Shown here: one piece after another, positions 60,160 through 64,000 of the stretch
Numbering within the stretch: position 1 is the first letter of the stretch
Layout of the letters: every line of letters begins with the position of its first letter
Origin: Fervidobacterium sp.
GTDB lineage: Bacteria > Thermotogota > Thermotogae > Thermotogales > Fervidobacteriaceae
Direction: 5' to 3'
DNA length: 64,000 bases
NCBI GenBank assembly: GCA_049970055.1
Contig: JBMFNR010000002.1
Coordinates: 84,406 to 148,405 of the forward strand
Notes under the pieces: model-generated
What the model was told of the DNA's origin: nothing
Seen by the model: only the letters and a program-made list of their open reading frames with translations
Database searches by the model: none
Made by a program: the position numbers and the translations under genes

Positions 60160-61292
60160 CACTGCTTGCACCCCCATATATATTATTGTTTTTGTCCGTG
60201 CCGAAAAATTCGCGATGTACTAAAGCAAGTGCTTCCTTATGTAAAGCCATACGGGAAGCGATTTCGCTCAAGATACCTGGTATCGTTCCAAAGTTGTGTC
60301 CTCTAAATTGCACGATTGAAATATCATCGGTCATTGAAATGCTCTTAATACAAGACATCAAATCATACTTGTGAATTTCACTTTCGTCTTCGCTTTCGCT
60401 TATTACAGTACATGCCAAATTACCATCAAGATGAATGCACTTATGCGCTTTTTTTTAAGATTTCATAACCGCAGAAACGGTATGTTTTTCGTTCTCAACG
60501 GTTCTACCGCATTGTGATGAATAATCTTCGCACCAAAATAAGACAACTCGTCTTCTTCGTCATAACTTAATTTTCTAACATTCTTTGAAAAACCTGTTAC
60601 CTTTGGATCACCTGAAAGAAAGCCAGGTACATCTTTTATCAAGATAACAGCTTTAGCATCTAAGCAGTATCCAAGAATAGTTGCTGTATAGTCACTTCCG
60701 CCGCGCCCAAGAATAGTGATATCTCCGTTAATACCAGACTTTCCGTAAAATCCTGGGACTATAAAATTTCCAATGCTTATTTCTTCTTTTAGATTTTCAA
60801 GCATTATTTTACTTTTTTCGAGAATTACACTCGCATTCCCATACTTTCCATTTGTTATTAAAAGATTCTCGGGTATATGATATTAAAGTCCATTCCGATA
60901 ATATTTGCAATTTTACTCACTATAAATTCCCCTGAACTTACAACTCTATCGTAAGCGAACTCTGGCACTTTTTTCAGCATTTTACAACCTTTCAAAATAT
61001 TATCCAAAGAAAAGATTTCTTTTTTTAAAGACAAATCGTCATTATCGAGAAATTTTTTATGAAAGTCATACATTTCGTATAAGAAATCTTCAATTCTTAT
61101 TTTGTTGATATTCTTCATAGCACTTATAATTTTATCGGTTACACCTTTTAGCGCACTAACAACTATGAACAACTGAACTTCTTTTTCTGTACCGTTGAGT
61201 TTTATTTTTCTTATAGAGCCAAGAATACTCAGTAAATTATCCCTAGAATCAAGTATAGAACCACCTATCTTCACAACTACCCTGCTCACCAT
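60146..61292 (-). pseudogene. Aspartate kinase, fragmented
   Basis: VVKIGGS, VVSALKGVTD, D..VSSGE, LGRGGSDYTA, KDVPG..SGDP, ELSYFGAKIIH across three ORFs. Frameshifts near 60870 and 60450-60470. ACT region truncated. Confidence 0.88.
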
Positions 61293-61353
61293 CTTACACC
61301 TCCAAAAATTCTAAAAATAATAGTTATATTGCATTTTTTTGAAAATGTGGTAT

Positions 61354-61385
61354 AAAAAAAGCGGTCGGCTTTTGAAACCGACCGC
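61354..61385 (-). terminator. Leader (attenuator) terminator upstream of the Met operon
   Basis: Minus strand GCGGTCGGTTT-CAA-AAGCCGACCGC-TTTTTTT, about 60 nt upstream of the aspartokinase start. Confidence 0.9.
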
Positions 61386-61414
61386 TGGTTTTTTGTAAAA
61401 CCAAAGTGGTGTAC

Positions 61415-61522
61415 CTATGTCTTCCAGCGATCGGTACACCACATCATTATAGACATCATATCAAAACTAACTTGAAGTTGTGCTTTTACATTTCTCCCAA
61501 GCACATTCGCAAGTATATCCAT
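61415..61522 (-). CDS. Putative Met-rich leader peptide, MDILANVLGRNVKAQLQVSFDMMSIMMWCTDRWKT (35 aa)
   Basis: ATG 61522 with SD GAGAGGT 8 nt upstream, Met at codons 22, 23, 26 and 27, TAG at 61415-61417 inside the alternative hairpins. Confidence 0.75.
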   Translation of the reverse strand: MDILANVLGRNVKAQLQVSFDMMSIMMWCTDRWKT

Positions 61523-61577
61523 AACTTTGGACCTCTCGGATCAAAAATAAAACGTGAGCTTGTTTTATTTGAGAAAG

Positions 61578-61605
61578 ATTATACAATAACTTTTCGAAAA
61601 ATCAA
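61578..61605 (-). promoter_or_regulatory. sigma70 promoter for leader and Met operon
   Basis: Minus strand TTGATT-N16-TATAAT, followed by a 5' hairpin AAATAAAAC-N8-GTTTTATTT (61545-61570). Confidence 0.6.
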
Positions 61606-61632
61606 GTGCTTAAAAACATGGGGTGACTGTAA

Positions 61633-61917
61633 ATGTCTGAGATATTTGAAATTTGGAAAAAGTGGAACGTTAGGGGAATTGTACAAGGTGTAGGGTTCAG
61701 ACATTTTGTGAAAAACACGGCAAGGGCATTGGGTTTGAAAGGCTATGTAAAAAACGAAGAAGATGGAAGTGTCACAATCGTTGCAGGTGGAAATACTGAA
61801 CAGATAAAAGAACTTTTCAAAAAGATTATGGAAGGTAATGGGTGGAGTTATGTATCAGATTACGATGAAGAAGACCTACCAACTCAAGATTATAAAGATT
61901 TTCATGTAGAATTTTAG
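61633..61917 (+). CDS. acyP: Acylphosphatase
   Basis: VRGIVQGVGFR, GYVKNEEDGSV. Confidence 0.93.
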   Translation: MSEIFEIWKKWNVRGIVQGVGFRHFVKNTARALGLKGYVKNEEDGSVTIVAGGNTEQIKELFKKIMEGNGWSYVSDYDEEDLPTQDYKDFHVEF

Positions 61918-61956
61918 ATTTTTACTTAATTATACAGGGGAAGGAGTTGAACCAGA

Positions 61957-63174
61957 ATGAACATAGTATGTTACGGATTACAGTGGGGGGACGAAGGAAA
62001 AGGTAAGGTAACGACGTATCTTTCGAAAGATTTTCATTACGTTGTAAGGTATGGTGGCGGAAGTAACGCGGGTCATACGGTCGAGTACGGTGATTTTAAG
62101 CTTATACATCACCTGATCCCCTCATTTGATGTTAGAAAAAATGTTAAAGGGTACATTGCAGATGGTGTTGTTCTTGACTTGGAGGTTTTTTTGAAGGAAA
62201 TTGAAGAACTTTCGAAACTTGGCTATAATGTAGAGGATCGAATAAGCATTTCCGCGCTCGCACATATTGTATTACCAGTCCACAAAATGCTTGATGAAAA
62301 GTTGGAATTGTTAAAAGATAAGAAAGCAATTGGAACAACAAAACGAGGAATTGGGCCAGCATATGCTGATAAGGTGCATAGAATTGGTGTGAGAGTGCTG
62401 GATCTATTTGATTATTCAAGTGCTGTTGAGAAGTTGGAATTTATTTCACGTTTGTACAAAAGGCTCTACGGTATTGAGTGGTACAGTTACGATGAAGTAT
62501 TCGAAAAATTTGAGAAGATAAAAATGTATGTTGTTTCACCAATCCAAATGAAGAAGGTTTTTGAAAATTCTAAAGTATTGTTTGAAGGAACACAAGGCGT
62601 TTTACTTGATGTGGATGTGGGAAGTTACCCATATGTGACTGGTACTCAGTGCAATACAACAGGTGTCGGAAGCGGTGTAGGATTTCCTGTAAAGATCGAC
62701 AAGAGAATTGGTGTGTTTAAAGCTTATTTGACACGTGTTGGAGAAGGTCCGTTTCCAACAGAGTTATTTGATGAAGAAGCTGAATTACTCAGAAAAGCGG
62801 GTAAAGAATACGGTTCAACAACTGGAAGGCCAAGAAGATGTGGCTGGTTAGACTTGCCCATTTTAAGATATGCAGTTGAAGTCTCTAATTGTGATGAGAT
62901 GATAATGACGAAATCGGATGTTTTGAGTGGATTGGAAAAAGTGAAAGTCGGAGTTAGGTATGTTCTTGAAGGTAAAAAAATAGATATGCCTTTTGATCTT
63001 TCTTACTTGGACAAAGTCGAAGTAGAATACGCTGAGCTTAATGGTTGGAAAAGCCTCGAAGATGATAATTTTTTGAAGTTTCTTGATTTTATAGAGGCGG
63101 AGATGGGTTTAAAGGTAACTTACATATCAATTGGTGCAAAAGTAGACGAAATAAGGATTTTGAAAGGAGGTTAA
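61957..63174 (+). CDS. purA: Adenylosuccinate synthetase
   Basis: [49 protein letters not shown]. Confidence 0.96.
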   Translation: MNIVCYGLQWGDEGKGKVTTYLSKDFHYVVRYGGGSNAGHTVEYGDFKLIHHLIPSFDVRKNVKGYIADGVVLDLEVFLKEIEELSKLGYNVEDRISISALAHIVLPVHKMLDEKLELLKDKKAIGTTKRGIGPAYADKVHRIGVRVLDLFDYSSAVEKLEFISRLYKRLYGIEWYSYDEVFEKFEKIKMYVVSPIQMKKVFENSKVLFEGTQGVLLDVDVGSYPYVTGTQCNTTGVGSGVGFPVKIDKRIGVFKAYLTRVGEGPFPTELFDEEAELLRKAGKEYGSTTGRPRRCGWLDLPILRYAVEVSNCDEMIMTKSDVLSGLEKVKVGVRYVLEGKKIDMPFDLSYLDKVEVEYAELNGWKSLEDDNFLKFLDFIEAEMGLKVTYISIGAKVDEIRILKGG

Positions 63175-63181
63175 AGTTGTT

Positions 63182-63901
63182 TTGAAAGTTACCATTAGAC
63201 TTTTTGGAGAACTTGCGGAATTGACAAATGGAAAGTACGTATTCGAGATTAATCCTGGAGTTAATCAAACAATCAAGGATTGTATAGAACGCCTCGGTAT
63301 ACCACATACCGAGGTGTATTTTATTATCAAAAACCGTAATTTTGTTGATTTTTCAAAGATTGTCCAAGATGGTGATTGTTATTTTGTGTATCCGCAATGT
63401 GATCTTCCAATTCCAAAGGAGTATGTTTTGACACCAAAATTTGAAGGTGAGCCAAGATTTGTGTTAGATATTCACTTAGGAAAACTCGCAAAATTGCTTA
63501 GAATGTTTGGAATATATGCTGATTATGGTTTAGTTGATGATGAAAGTATAATAAAAAGAGCAAAAGAAATTAAAGGAATAATATTAACACGCGACCGAAA
63601 GTTGCTCATGAGGAAAGATGTAATATATGGATATATTATTCGAAGCGACTTTCCTCAAGTTCAATTCGATGAAGTATTGCATAGGTATGATCTACGTAAT
63701 TGGCTAAAACCATTTACAAGATGTTTGGAATGTAATGGTAATTTGGAAATTGTAGAAAAAAGCATTGTTAATTGTCTTGTACCTCCAAGGATATTTGAAA
63801 CTCATGACAAATTTGCCGTCTGTAGCCAGTGTGGAAAGATTTACTGGCAAGGGACACATTATGAGCATATGAAGGAATTAATTAAAAAATTTCTGGAATA
63901 A
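63182..63901 (+). CDS. Mut7-C RNase (PIN-like) protein with N-terminal ubiquitin-like domain
   Basis: IKD.IE.LGIPHTEV, RFVLDIHLGKLAKLLRMFG, ILTRDR, Zn ribbon RCLECN..CSQCGKIYWQGTH. Confidence 0.9.
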   Translation: MKVTIRLFGELAELTNGKYVFEINPGVNQTIKDCIERLGIPHTEVYFIIKNRNFVDFSKIVQDGDCYFVYPQCDLPIPKEYVLTPKFEGEPRFVLDIHLGKLAKLLRMFGIYADYGLVDDESIIKRAKEIKGIILTRDRKLLMRKDVIYGYIIRSDFPQVQFDEVLHRYDLRNWLKPFTRCLECNGNLEIVEKSIVNCLVPPRIFETHDKFAVCSQCGKIYWQGTHYEHMKELIKKFLE

Positions 63902-64000
63902 TAGAACTCACCTTGCTTTGATCAGCTAACTCTCTTGGACTTACCACTCTATACCTTAACGATAGTATATAGCTAATCTATATCTTATTATTATTATTAT

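Noticed and set aside
61354..61575. SAM-I riboswitch or Met T-box as the leader element
   Set aside because: Only a short ATCCGAGAGG resemblance. The SAM-I core (GAGGGA..GCAACC..GGTGC..) and the T-box GGTGGNACC bulge are not visible. The leader-peptide model explains all the stems.
61406..61693. 95-aa plus-strand ORF
   Set aside because: Antisense to the leader and attenuator, overlaps acyP out of frame, and has no SD or recognisable motif.
1..64000. CRISPR arrays, IS elements, prophage, rRNA, defence systems
   Set aside because: No regularly spaced direct repeats, transposase, integrase or phage genes, or rRNA-like sequence were found by eye. The Mut7-C gene lacks an adjacent antitoxin and sits in a housekeeping operon.

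Overview
AT-rich, gene-dense bacterial chromosomal segment. Gene content and sequence style suggest an anaerobic thermophile of the Thermotogota, possibly Fervidobacterium-like (inference only). Mostly core and metabolic genes: pstB-phoU-phoB-phoR, infB, PEP carboxykinase-like, peroxiredoxin, glgP, glnA, rmlA-HAD-TPR-hisS, tRNA-Gln(CTG), a galactofuranose glycan cluster (glf plus glycosyltransferases and an acyltransferase), hutU, scpAB, coaBC, sufCBDSU, mscL, a type IV pilus/competence-like operon with a 1572-aa secretin, a hybrid sensor kinase, acyP, purA and a Mut7-C protein. No IS, prophage, rRNA or CRISPR array was seen. The main finding is not in the ORF track. Upstream of a minus-strand methionine operon (aspartokinase, DUF39-ferredoxin homocysteine synthase, UPF0280/COG2122, metF, cysteine desulfidase) lies a 35-codon leader ORF with an ATG ATG TCT ATA ATG ATG cluster. 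It overlaps mutually exclusive protector, antiterminator and terminator hairpins, the full architecture of a ribosome-mediated, methionine-sensing transcription attenuator. Also notable: that operon is decaying, an ECF transporter has lost its T and ATPase genes but kept the S component, and a degenerate GAF-GGDEF protein with an intact I-site sits upstream of the pilus genes.
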